A program made the position numbers and the translations under genes. From a virus, in the IMG/VR virus record IMGVR_UViG_3300027782_000058, positions 27,080-91,079 of that record: a stretch of DNA of 64,000 nt. One strand, written 5' to 3'. The notes under the pieces were generated by a model that had not been told where the DNA came from, ran no database searches, and was given only the letters and a program-made list of their open reading frames with translations. Position 1 is the stretch's first letter. Each line of letters starts with the position of its first letter. Positions 24,115 through 33,965 of this stretch are shown here, piece by piece.

Positions 24115-27100
24115 GTGGGCTACTTCGGTAGGTCTGGCGATCTAGCGCTGTTCGTGTTCGACGAACTGGGTGTCGTCGTGGACGAGGGGCTCAACCTCGT
24201 CGTGGAGAAGGGGCATCTGGATGCCCTGATCGCTTCCGGCGACTGGAACACTGACGACTCTGAATACTCCAAGGCGGCAGAGGACATCGCGCAGGCGTCC
24301 ATCACAGATCTCGATATCCACGTCTTCTCGTCTAATGACCGTCTCTACACGATCCCGAAGTCCGTCCAATCGGAGGCCAAACGTGCTCTTGAGTGGAGGA
24401 AGACGCACAAGCGTGGCGGAACTCCAGTAGGACTAAACACCGCTCGCACTCTGGCCGAGGGTGGACAGATTGGGATCAAGAAGATCCGCCACATCGCTCG
24501 CTACTTCCCTCGTCACGAGGTTGATAAGCGTGGCCAAGGGTACAAACTGGGAGATAAGGGATTTCCCAGCAACGGTCGAATCGCATGGGCTCTCTGGGGA
24601 GGGGACGCTGCACAGAAGTGGGCAGCGACTATCGTAGAACGAGACGACAAGAAGAAAAAGTCTCTCACTGCTGATGGACTTCCTTCCGAGTACTTCGAGC
24701 CGAGCAGCAGTCGATTTGACTACTTCCGAATGGCAGAAAATCTGCCTGCTGAAGAGGCTCCGGAGTTCATGGCCCGAGTCCGTCTCGACGGGAGCGGGAT
24801 TGACCGCATCTACATGATGGATGCTGATGGGATCGTCTACATCTGGGACGACGGATCTTGGGATGACCTAGGTCTGTTCGAGCAGGACATCATGTCATTT
24901 GATGCTTTCTTCGACATGCCAGACGACGACGTAGACACCATGTACGTTCCAGTGGACGCTGAGGCTGCTGTCAAGATCTGCGCCCTCATCGATGCTGAGC
25001 CGTTCTCCCCCAAAAACACTAGCGACTTCTCTTCTGACGAAGAGATGCTAATGGTACATAGCGCCCTGTCCGAGATCGACTGGGACGAGGTCGACAGGGT
25101 TCTGGTAGCCGCTGGTGAGGCTCCTGCAGCAGATGCCCCCGCCGACCAGCCTCAGGGGGATGGCAACTACACCCCGGATGAGCGCTCCAAGAATGCGTCC
25201 AAGCAGGTTCGTGACGCGACTGGCAAATTCTCGAAGAGCGGATCACGAGTAGTTGTTGGCAATGACACGAACTCCCGTGGAACGATCACGTCGATCAATC
25301 CTGACACTCAGACTGTCGACGTACAACTGGACAACGGAAACACTGTCACCGTCCCCGGAACTGCCACTCAGGGGGAGGACAAGTTCGTAGACGTGTCGGC
25401 AGAGAACGAGACCAACATGACTGTCCCTCCGAGTGCCACCGCTGGCATTCTAGGCCAGCCTCGCGTCCCATCAAATCAGCCGAATGCTCGTATCCCCGGC
25501 ATGCTTCCCCCTCTCACTGGAGAAAGCATCTCTCTGCTGCTCAATGACTGGCCTGCATGGGTTGCAGCCGAGCGTGAGTTGTACCGGCAGACCGCTCCCA
25601 AGACTCCCCCGAACATCGGTCCGCGCCAGTACAACGTTCCCCAGCGGGACAACACTGGTGTAGATGTCCGAGACCCCTCCACCGGAGGCACTCGAAACGT
25701 CGCATGGAATCCGATGCAGGCTCCCAACGCATACAACCACCCCCTGCTGCGCGACTGGCTGAAAGGCAGCGACCGTCACGGCCACCCAAACCGTGGATGG
25801 TACAACCCAATCGTTCGCAGGAACGTGATCGAGCCCCGCAGGTACTTCTCCGCCGAGGTTCTCATCGCTGCTGGTGCCGAACATCCTGAGGTGCAGGAGA
25901 TCAAGAAGCCTGATCCCAATGCTCCCAAGGCAAAGTCAGGCCCTGACTTCACACCTGAAACCTCTGACGTTCCTCCCATGTACATGGCCATCGTCGCTCA
26001 GGATGATCCTCAAGCCGTCATGGACCTGATCTCTCTGGTTCCAGTGAACTCCCAGTCATCCACTCCGACCATCTTCCGCAGGGAGCCCGGTGAGTGGGTC
26101 AAGGATGATGCCATCCTCGCTGACCTGAACTCTCCCACGCCTCCACCAGTGGTTGTGCTGGACAACAAGAACCTAGCATCAGTGGTCGAGCAGATCGACC
26201 AAGCCTTGGTGGCATCTGCCTCTTATCTGCTTGACCGTCGTCTTGCTGATCTCTGGATCAGCGGTGCTGATGTCATGGCGATTGTCGCTGCTGGTGGCGT
26301 TGACCGCAACCGTGGCAACGCTGAGAAACTACGTCGGTACTGGACTGTTGGTGAGGGTGGAGCGAAGATCCGCTGGGGGACTGGCGGAGACTGGAAGCGC
26401 TGCGTTCGCCACCTGTCGAAGTATCTCGGTCCGCGTGCGAAGGGCTACTGCAACCTTCGTCACAAGGAGATGCTGGGCATCTACCCCGCTACCCACGCGA
26501 AGCGCCTCCGCGAGAACTCGATGGAGCAGCCTCTATACATGGAGGTTCCAGACTCTGACCTGCAGATGCCCATCGAGGCCATTCATGCTGAGGAAGACAA
26601 GAACTTTGATCACGAGTGGGAGCCAAACGAAGAAGTCGTTTGGATGCTCATCGAACTCAAGGATCTTGATGACGACACGTTCAGCCTAGTAGCCGCTGGC
26701 GGTCTAGACCGCAATCGCGGAAACGCTGAGGAGTTGCGCCGCTACTGGACGGTCGGCAAGGGTGGAGCCAAGATTCGCTGGAACACCAAGGGCGACTGGA
26801 CCCGCTGCACACGTCATCTTGCCAAGTACCTAGGCCCACGAGCCAAGGGCTACTGCGCTCTCCGCCACAAGGAGATGACAGGTATGTGGACCGGAGATCA
26901 GGCTCACCGTCAGATGTACGGGCGCAAGTCTTTCAGCACCGACTTCATCCTGCCTGAGCAGCAGATCATCGAGAACGCTGCACTGTCTGCTCAGATCGCC
27001 TCTGCCAAGGCCCGTATCTCTGGTGTCACTGCTTCCGGCAGCACTCCTGAGTACGGCTCTGCATTCTTCATCCCTCTGGTCATCCCTGAGCAGATGGAGT

Positions 27101-28611
27101 CTGGTGATGGACGGAAGTTCACCAAGGACGCCATCGACATGCGTCAACTCCCTCTCCCCCTGCTGTGGCAGATCAAGACTGGAGCCGGGCACGACGGTTC
27201 GGTTGTGGTTGGAAAGATCACGCACATGCAGCGGACTAAGGATGGCATCGGTCATGCCTTCGGCGTCTTCGACAACGGAGAGCATGGACGCGAGGCTGAG
27301 CGCCTTGTCCGTGGCGGCTTCATTCGTGGTGTCTCCGCAGATCTGGACCGATTCGAGGCAAGTGAAGAACCTGAGGAAGCCTCAGGTGACGACTCCAAGA
27401 AGATCGGCTCAAGCAAGATCAACATCACAAAGGCCCGCGTAATGGCCGTTACCCTTGTACCTAAGCCAGCATTCCAAGAATGCACGATTGAACTCATTCC
27501 AGACATGGCGCATAAGCAGCAGGAGGAAACCGTGGTACCTGACGGAGTGTATGTCGAGGATTCGGATGCCGCCGAGGCTTCCGCGCTGCTCGCTTGCGGA
27601 ATGGTTGCCGGTGCGATTCCGGTAACTCCGCCGAAGGAGTGGTTCACCAACCCCGGACTGTCCAAGCCGACTCCCCTCACCGTTGATGAGGAGGGCCGAG
27701 TGTTCGGTCACATTGCCGCATGGCATGTGGACCACATCGGCATGTCGTTCGGAACTCGTCCTCCCCGAAGCGCCAGCCAGTACGCCTACTTCCACACTGG
27801 AGTCATTCGTACTGAAGAGGGCTCAGACGTTCCGGTTGGTCAGTTGACACTGGCTGGAGGGCACGCCTCTCTGGAGGCAAGCGCCTCCGAGGCCGTTCGT
27901 CACTATGACGACACTGCCAGCGCCATCGCTGATGTCCACGCAGGCGAGGACAATCACGGCATCTGGGTAGCCGGAGCCCTGCGCCCCGGAACCACTCCCG
28001 AGCAGGTTCGTGCGCTGCGCGCTTCTGCCCCATCCGGTGACTGGCGTCCGATCAAGGGCAAGTTGGAACTGGTTGCCGTGTGTCAGGTCAATGTTCCCGG
28101 CTTCCCCGTCGCCCGCGCGCGTGTGGCGTCTGGTCAGGTTCTTGCTCTGGTTGCCGCTGGGGCAAACACTCTGGCGAAGATGAAGGGCGATCCGGTAGCC
28201 GAACTAGCCGCTCGGATCGACAAATTGGAGCAGTTGGAGAAGGCTCCTCTGGTTGCTGCCGCTGAGGCTGCCAAGGCTCGCATCGCATCAGTCCGGGCTG
28301 CTGAACTGAGCGCCCGAGTGCATGGCACCGGAGAGTTCGCAATCTCAGAGGAGACTCGGATGCGTCTGGCCGGGGAGGGCAAGGCTCTGCCTGACGGCTC
28401 CTACCCGATCCGCAACGTCTCTGACCTCAAGAATGCGATCAAGTCCTACGGGCGGGCCAACAAGAGCGACCGGGCCAAGGTCCGCAAGCACATCACGAAG
28501 CGGGCCAAGGCTCTGGGTCATCCTGAACTGATCCCCGATGAGTGGACCGCTGCTTCCATTCTTGAGGCTCGCGTCGCCTCCGCCATGACGGAGGAGCCAA
28601 GTGCCGAGTAA
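24115..28611 (+). CDS. Capsid maturation protease polyprotein (1498 aa)
   Basis: Protease core SGDGRKF..LPLPLLWQ..GHDGSVVVG..GVSADLD..TLVPKPAF (about 27050-27500) plus several fused phage head modules (RGGTPVG...IAWALWGGD; a duplicated RRYWTVG module; ALPDGSYPIRN). Confidence 0.85.
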   Translation: MGYFGRSGDLALFVFDELGVVVDEGLNLVVEKGHLDALIASGDWNTDDSEYSKAAEDIAQASITDLDIHVFSSNDRLYTIPKSVQSEAKRALEWRKTHKRGGTPVGLNTARTLAEGGQIGIKKIRHIARYFPRHEVDKRGQGYKLGDKGFPSNGRIAWALWGGDAAQKWAATIVERDDKKKKSLTADGLPSEYFEPSSSRFDYFRMAENLPAEEAPEFMARVRLDGSGIDRIYMMDADGIVYIWDDGSWDDLGLFEQDIMSFDAFFDMPDDDVDTMYVPVDAEAAVKICALIDAEPFSPKNTSDFSSDEEMLMVHSALSEIDWDEVDRVLVAAGEAPAADAPADQPQGDGNYTPDERSKNASKQVRDATGKFSKSGSRVVVGNDTNSRGTITSINPDTQTVDVQLDNGNTVTVPGTATQGEDKFVDVSAENETNMTVPPSATAGILGQPRVPSNQPNARIPGMLPPLTGESISLLLNDWPAWVAAERELYRQTAPKTPPNIGPRQYNVPQRDNTGVDVRDPSTGGTRNVAWNPMQAPNAYNHPLLRDWLKGSDRHGHPNRGWYNPIVRRNVIEPRRYFSAEVLIAAGAEHPEVQEIKKPDPNAPKAKSGPDFTPETSDVPPMYMAIVAQDDPQAVMDLISLVPVNSQSSTPTIFRREPGEWVKDDAILADLNSPTPPPVVVLDNKNLASVVEQIDQALVASASYLLDRRLADLWISGADVMAIVAAGGVDRNRGNAEKLRRYWTVGEGGAKIRWGTGGDWKRCVRHLSKYLGPRAKGYCNLRHKEMLGIYPATHAKRLRENSMEQPLYMEVPDSDLQMPIEAIHAEEDKNFDHEWEPNEEVVWMLIELKDLDDDTFSLVAAGGLDRNRGNAEELRRYWTVGKGGAKIRWNTKGDWTRCTRHLAKYLGPRAKGYCALRHKEMTGMWTGDQAHRQMYGRKSFSTDFILPEQQIIENAALSAQIASAKARISGVTASGSTPEYGSAFFIPLVIPEQMESGDGRKFTKDAIDMRQLPLPLLWQIKTGAGHDGSVVVGKITHMQRTKDGIGHAFGVFDNGEHGREAERLVRGGFIRGVSADLDRFEASEEPEEASGDDSKKIGSSKINITKARVMAVTLVPKPAFQECTIELIPDMAHKQQEETVVPDGVYVEDSDAAEASALLACGMVAGAIPVTPPKEWFTNPGLSKPTPLTVDEEGRVFGHIAAWHVDHIGMSFGTRPPRSASQYAYFHTGVIRTEEGSDVPVGQLTLAGGHASLEASASEAVRHYDDTASAIADVHAGEDNHGIWVAGALRPGTTPEQVRALRASAPSGDWRPIKGKLELVAVCQVNVPGFPVARARVASGQVLALVAAGANTLAKMKGDPVAELAARIDKLEQLEKAPLVAAAEAAKARIASVRAAELSARVHGTGEFAISEETRMRLAGEGKALPDGSYPIRNVSDLKNAIKSYGRANKSDRAKVRKHITKRAKALGHPELIPDEWTAASILEARVASAMTEEPSAE

Positions 28612-29371
28612 CGACGCTCCTCTGGATGCTGACGCGATCCTTGCAAGCATGAGGGCGCGTATCAGCGAGTTTAACAAGACTGAGGACATTATCCAGTCGA
28701 TCCCAGATGCGCCCAAGCCTGAGGATCTGATCAAGGCTGTAGAGAAGATCCAAAAGGTAGATGCTCCAACTCCTAAGAATCCTACAAATGTCAATAAAGA
28801 TGGAGTTCCGGAGGGCACTGTTGTACCTGCCCCTGCTGAGAGAATGACCCCAGCAGAGGCGCTCAAGTACACCGCTGAGACACAGCCACGAGATGCTCGC
28901 GGGCGATTTCGTCAGGTGCTGGCACGGATCAAGCAGGATCTAGGAACGTCTGGAAATCAGGATGCACTTGCCAAGATCGCTCAGGTCGAGAACCTTGACT
29001 TTGCAGGAAACTACACAGGCGCTGTAGAGGCATCTGGTGATCTTCTAAGCATTATTGATCGTCTTGACTCTGGAGCGCTAAACGCAACTTCACTAGAGAA
29101 TGTCCGATCTAGTGCTGCTGAACTTGGAAAAGTAATTTCTAATCTTCCTTTTGCATTTGGAGACGACAACGCAAAGATTCGCTATAGCGATGTCCCTCCA
29201 GCGCTGAAGAGTCTCATGGAAGAGATGATCAAGCGGGTTGAGGGAAAGATTGGCAAGAAGGATTCTGCCAAGGCCACTACCACTCTTAGGGAGTTCAAGT
29301 CTGGCGGTCTGTACATGAATCAAGCGCAGATCTCAAGCGAAATGTCAACGCTCCTGCGTTTGCTCACATAG
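28601..29371 (+). CDS. Hypothetical head-region protein with a QPRDARGRF motif
   Basis: GGAGGAG RBS; operon position. Confidence 0.8.
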   Translation: MPSNDAPLDADAILASMRARISEFNKTEDIIQSIPDAPKPEDLIKAVEKIQKVDAPTPKNPTNVNKDGVPEGTVVPAPAERMTPAEALKYTAETQPRDARGRFRQVLARIKQDLGTSGNQDALAKIAQVENLDFAGNYTGAVEASGDLLSIIDRLDSGALNATSLENVRSSAAELGKVISNLPFAFGDDNAKIRYSDVPPALKSLMEEMIKRVEGKIGKKDSAKATTTLREFKSGGLYMNQAQISSEMSTLLRLLT

Positions 29372-29538
29372 AATCATTCAACTGCAACAGATAGACAACT
29401 AAATAGCCCACAAATAATGTATCATTCAGTATCAGGTGGAGTGCCTCCGCACAGTTATGCGGCTGGAGTCCCTCAGCCTCGACTGATCATCGAATGGCGA
29501 ACGCTCTGTTCGCCACTGACTGCCCCGGAGGAGGGACA

Positions 29539-31449
29539 GTGGACCGAATCAAGCAGATGATGGACTCACTGCCTGAACTTAGTGACGATCAGGTCACCGA
29601 ACTTCAGAGTGAGATCATCAACGAATTCGAAACGGTCGAGAAGGAAGAGCCGACTCCGCAGACAGTTGACGCGATGACTTCTCTTGCCGACATGCTCGAC
29701 ACAGTGCGTACCGAGGTCAAGCGCCGCGAGGCCGCTGCCGTCGAACTCGTTCAGGTTGCCGCAGAGGCTGCCTCTCGCGTTCACGGCTCGACCGAGGGCG
29801 AGGCCGAGACCGAGGCCGGTAACATGACCGACGAGGTCGTGGAGGACACAGTCTCAGAGGTTGTTGAGACTCCCGCCGCCGAGGCCCCTGAGGGAGAGGC
29901 TCCTGCCGCTCCCGAGGAGAAGGCACCAGTCGAGGCTCCCGCCGAGGGAGACGAGTCAGAGGAAGAGAACATGGATGGTGAGGCCAAGAAGAAGGCCGCA
30001 CCCGCCGAAGCGTCAGCCGATGCAGAGAGTGCTGCTGAACTCTCGACCGAAGCCGCCCCAGAAGCCGAAGCCGCAGTCCTCGTTGAGGATGGGGCCGAGG
30101 CTGCTTCAGAAACATCAGACAACACTGAGGCGCAGACCGCGCCAGAAACTATGGAGGCACCCGTGACCGCCGCTGCTGAGAATGCAGACCTCACCCCTGA
30201 GGTTCCGGCTGACCGCCGTCCCACCCCTGATTCATCGGCTGTCGTGGCGATCACGGCTGGCGCTGACATTCCGGGCTACACGGCTGGCAGCCCCTTGTCC
30301 GACATGACTGAGGTCTCCGAGGCGATGGTTCGTCGTCTCCACGGCCTCCGTAACATCAAGGGTGGTGACGGCGACCAGCACATCGTGGCCTCGCTCATCA
30401 CCTCCTACCCGCAGGAGCGCACGCTCACTGCTGACACCGAGTCGAACAACGCGAAGATCAAGGGTGTCGAAGCCCTTGTTGCTTCCGGTGGCCACTCGAC
30501 CCCGTTCGAGGTCCGCTACGACATCTTCGCGTTCGGTAGCACCGTTCGTCCGGTTCGGGACTCGCTTCCGCGATTCCAAGCCGACCGTGGCGGTATCCGC
30601 TACATCGTTCCCCCGGTTCTGTCGGACTACGACAACGCCGTTGGCGTCTGGACCGCTGCCAATGACGCAGCCACCAGCCCCAGCCCAGCGTCGAAGACCA
30701 GCCTCACCGTTGCTGCCGCTACGGAGACGACCGTCGCAACCGACGCCGTCACCCTGCAGTTGCAGTTCGGTAACCTCGTGACCCGCGCCTACCCCGAGTT
30801 GGTTGCTCGTCACAACGAACTGGCCCTGATCCAGCACGCTCGTGAGGCTGAGCAGTACCTCATGAGCAAGATCGGCGCTGGCTCAACCGCCATCACGAGC
30901 ACCAGCCTCATCGGTGTTGCTCGCGACTTCCTAGTTCAGGTTGGTCGTGCCAGTGCGGGCTACCGCTCGCGTCACCGTCTCGACCCTAATGCCCCACTTC
31001 GCGTTATTGCCCCCGCGTGGGTGAAGGACGCGATTCAGGCTGACCTTGCTCTGGCCATGCCCGGTGACGGCACCCTTGCCGCCTCCGAGGCCGAGATCGA
31101 GGGTTACCTTCGCGCTCGCAACGTCCTGATCACTTGGACGATTGACGGCGACGTGTTTGGTGCTCAGAGCGCAGCCGCGATGGTTGAGTTCGGTGACACC
31201 TTCGTCTGGTACATTTTCGCCGAGGGCACCTTCCTGTTCCTCGACGGCGGTACGCTCGATGTCGGTATCATCCGTGACTCGACCCTCGTCGGCACGAACG
31301 ACTACAAGATGTTCATCGAGACCTTCGAGGGCATCGCAAAGGTTGGCGTGGAGTCGCTCAAGGTGACCTCAACCATCTCGGTGAACGGTGCGGCTGCTGC
31401 CCTCCGCGACACCACTGGTGGTGCCACCGCCGCTGCCATCGAACTGTAG
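29539..31449 (+). CDS. Major capsid (hexamer) protein with an N-terminal acidic scaffold domain
   Basis: GGAGGAGGGACA then GTG 29539; ALVASGGHSTPFEVRYD, RPVRDSLPRFQADRGGIRY and LDGGTLDVGIIRDSTLVGTNDY are Rosebush-type motifs. Confidence 0.88.
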   Translation: MDRIKQMMDSLPELSDDQVTELQSEIINEFETVEKEEPTPQTVDAMTSLADMLDTVRTEVKRREAAAVELVQVAAEAASRVHGSTEGEAETEAGNMTDEVVEDTVSEVVETPAAEAPEGEAPAAPEEKAPVEAPAEGDESEEENMDGEAKKKAAPAEASADAESAAELSTEAAPEAEAAVLVEDGAEAASETSDNTEAQTAPETMEAPVTAAAENADLTPEVPADRRPTPDSSAVVAITAGADIPGYTAGSPLSDMTEVSEAMVRRLHGLRNIKGGDGDQHIVASLITSYPQERTLTADTESNNAKIKGVEALVASGGHSTPFEVRYDIFAFGSTVRPVRDSLPRFQADRGGIRYIVPPVLSDYDNAVGVWTAANDAATSPSPASKTSLTVAAATETTVATDAVTLQLQFGNLVTRAYPELVARHNELALIQHAREAEQYLMSKIGAGSTAITSTSLIGVARDFLVQVGRASAGYRSRHRLDPNAPLRVIAPAWVKDAIQADLALAMPGDGTLAASEAEIEGYLRARNVLITWTIDGDVFGAQSAAAMVEFGDTFVWYIFAEGTFLFLDGGTLDVGIIRDSTLVGTNDYKMFIETFEGIAKVGVESLKVTSTISVNGAAAALRDTTGGATAAAIEL

Positions 31450-31509
31450 GCAGTAAGCACTAAGCAGTCATCTGGCGGCGCTGAAGAGATCTGAAGGAGA
31501 GTAAGCGAA

Positions 31510-32598
31510 ATGGTGTTCAAGGGTATCTACCCAGCACTAGAACTTCGTCCTACCGAATTCGGACTCTTCAGCGCCGCACAGGTGTCTGAGAGCAAGGTTC
31601 CAGACGAGCAGTGGGTTCGCGGGTTTTCATTCGAGTTTGATTCTCGCCCCACGCTTCGACTTGTTCAGCAAAATGGAACCGTCTCAAAGACAATGTTTGA
31701 TGGCACTGGGCTTGCTCGATTCTTAGAAGTAGAGTCTTTCTACATCGAAGTCGAGGACTACCACTCAACGTTTGCCGCTAATAACGAAGATCGATTCGCC
31801 CGCGTCCTCAAGCAACTCAACGCCGCTACGCAGAAGGGCGTTGAGGCTGAGTTGATGAACGGGTATACCGCCCGAGGCGAGAACAACACCAACAACTACT
31901 TGGCCATGAGTGGTGTTACGACGATGGCATCAGCCACTCCGGGCACGGCGGTAAGTGTTGCCACCGGGCTAGCAATGCTTGAGTACGCCTTGGCTGCCTC
32001 TCCCACAGGGGAGCAGGGGCTCATCCACCTGACCCGAGACGTTGCTGCAGCCCTTGGCTCCCAGTGGCTTCTCATGCGCGTCGAAGATGACCCCGGACAT
32101 TTCCACATTGAGACCATGAATGGGACTACTACTTCTATTGGCTCCGGATACACCGGAGATGGTCCCATTGCTCGTGTCAGTTTCAAGCGTCGTACTGGCG
32201 GAAACTTGGCGCATATAACGACCACAACTCCTCACTACCTATCAGTGGGAGATACCGTTCAGGTTTCAGGTGTTGATTCCACGTTTAATGGCAGTTTCAC
32301 TGTTTCTGCTATAACAAATAGCACTGAGTTTGACTACGCAAGTACGGGCACCAACGTCAGTACTACTGCTGTATCACCATATGGCAGTGCTCAGATGCTT
32401 GGATCTAATACAACCAAGTGGATCTATTCAAGTTCCAATGTTGGTGTTCTACTAGGAGAGTCTACTGTTGTCAATGACAACATCGCTCAGGGCTATGACG
32501 TAACCGCCAACCAGAACAACCTTCGGATCAAGGCTGTGCGACCGGCTGCGATCTACTTTGATCCTTCAATGACGTACGCCGTTAAAGTCACTGTCTAG
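31510..32598 (+). CDS. Second capsid (pentamer-type) protein with an inserted beta-domain
   Basis: Follows the MCP; FGLFSAA...W..G, GLIHLTR and GSGYTGDGP motifs. Confidence 0.7.
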   Translation: MVFKGIYPALELRPTEFGLFSAAQVSESKVPDEQWVRGFSFEFDSRPTLRLVQQNGTVSKTMFDGTGLARFLEVESFYIEVEDYHSTFAANNEDRFARVLKQLNAATQKGVEAELMNGYTARGENNTNNYLAMSGVTTMASATPGTAVSVATGLAMLEYALAASPTGEQGLIHLTRDVAAALGSQWLLMRVEDDPGHFHIETMNGTTTSIGSGYTGDGPIARVSFKRRTGGNLAHITTTTPHYLSVGDTVQVSGVDSTFNGSFTVSAITNSTEFDYASTGTNVSTTAVSPYGSAQMLGSNTTKWIYSSSNVGVLLGESTVVNDNIAQGYDVTANQNNLRIKAVRPAAIYFDPSMTYAVKVTV

Positions 32599-32649
32599 TA
32601 GTTCTTGTAGAATAAGCCCTACGAGAGCGTCACCTAAGGAGAAATACGA

Positions 32650-33882
32650 ATGGCTACTCAGGACTACGCGGCGAGCGTTCAGGGCGTGTCCATCCGGGTC
32701 ACCCGGCTCGACGCCGCAGGAAACCTGCTCACTGGGGTCATGGACTCCTACACTACCTCCGCCTTCATGCGCGTGTCGTTTACCCCTGAGTACGAAGAGG
32801 GCGACGAAATCACGGAGAAGTCGGCCAACGGTGTCATCTGCGTCTCGTACAAGGCTCCCGACACCCTCAAGCGCATCACGATGGAACTTGCCATCTGTGA
32901 GCCTGACCCCGAGATGACCAGCCTAATCTCAGGCGGTCTGCTCCTCCGCAAGACGGTGAGCAGCGTTGAAACCAGTGTTGGTTGGGCTGCCCCCGGCGTC
33001 GGTGACGACCCTGCAGGCAATGGTGTTTGCGTCGAGGTGTGGTCGTTCGCCGTCAAGGACGGCAAGCGCGCTGCCACTCTTCCCTACTTCTACTGGGTCT
33101 TCCCCTACGTCCGTCTACGCCAGTCTGGCGACCGCGTCATTGAGAACGGCATGCTCGCGAGCACCTTCGAGGGCTACGGTCTTGGAAACGCCGCATTCGG
33201 CATCGGTCCGGATGGCCGCTGGGAGTGGCCAGTCGCTGCAGAGCGTCCCTACTCCTACGCTCGCACTTCATGGGCACCCACCGGCCTCAAGGGCTTCTAC
33301 CAGTGGTACCCAGTATCGACTGCCACAGTCACCACCAAGGCTCTTGCAACTGACATCGCCACCATCACTACTTCGGCTTCCCACGGCTTCCTTACCGGGC
33401 AGACCGTCACAGTGGCAAGCCTTGGTAGTCCGTTTGATGGTACCTACACCATCAACTCGACCACGACCAACACCTTCACCTACAGCAAGGTTGGCGCAAC
33501 CGTGACCAGCACTGCCACTACTGGAACCGCAACTCGCGGCCCCGGCTACAGCGCGGTGTCCAGTCTCACTGCTGGCACCACCCTCGCGAATGTCTCGAAC
33601 AAGGCTCTCACGAGCAACGTGGCAACCATCACTACATCGGCTGCACACAACTTCACCGTTGGTCGGGATATCTACGTCACTGGAGTCGGAAGCCCGTTCG
33701 ATGGCTCCTACGCCGTCGCGAGTGTTCCTACTGCAACTACTCTTACCTACACCCGAGTTGCGGACAACGTCACGTCCACCACGTCAACAGGTACGATTCA
33801 GGACGCCTTCAACGTCCCCGGAAGCATCAACTACAATGCGGATCTGGCTATCGACACCATCGTCGGCTCGACTGCAGGCTAG
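32650..33882 (+). CDS. Major tail (tube) protein with two C-terminal decoration domains
   Basis: IRVTRLDAAG...FTPEYEEGDEITEKSANGVICV. Confidence 0.85.
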   Translation: MATQDYAASVQGVSIRVTRLDAAGNLLTGVMDSYTTSAFMRVSFTPEYEEGDEITEKSANGVICVSYKAPDTLKRITMELAICEPDPEMTSLISGGLLLRKTVSSVETSVGWAAPGVGDDPAGNGVCVEVWSFAVKDGKRAATLPYFYWVFPYVRLRQSGDRVIENGMLASTFEGYGLGNAAFGIGPDGRWEWPVAAERPYSYARTSWAPTGLKGFYQWYPVSTATVTTKALATDIATITTSASHGFLTGQTVTVASLGSPFDGTYTINSTTTNTFTYSKVGATVTSTATTGTATRGPGYSAVSSLTAGTTLANVSNKALTSNVATITTSAAHNFTVGRDIYVTGVGSPFDGSYAVASVPTATTLTYTRVADNVTSTTSTGTIQDAFNVPGSINYNADLAIDTIVGSTAG

Positions 33883-33896
33883 TCAACATTCTGAGA

Positions 33897-33941
33897 ACGA
33901 GCGGCGTGCGCGCGTGTGTGAACACGTCGCACGCCGCTCGT
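33897..33941 (+). terminator. Long hairpin after the tail tube gene
   Basis: ACGAGCGGCGTGCG / CGCACGCCGCTCGT. Confidence 0.75.
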
Positions 33942-33965
33942 ATCAGTTAGAAGCGAGGAGAAGTC

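Noticed and set aside
12912-28611. Inteins or homing endonucleases explaining the giant ORFs
   Set aside because: No C...HN splice motifs or LAGLIDADG/HNH signatures were recognised.
29494-29538. MCP start at ATG 29494
   Set aside because: It has no SD and lies in a hairpin, whereas GTG 29539 has a strong GGAGGAGG.
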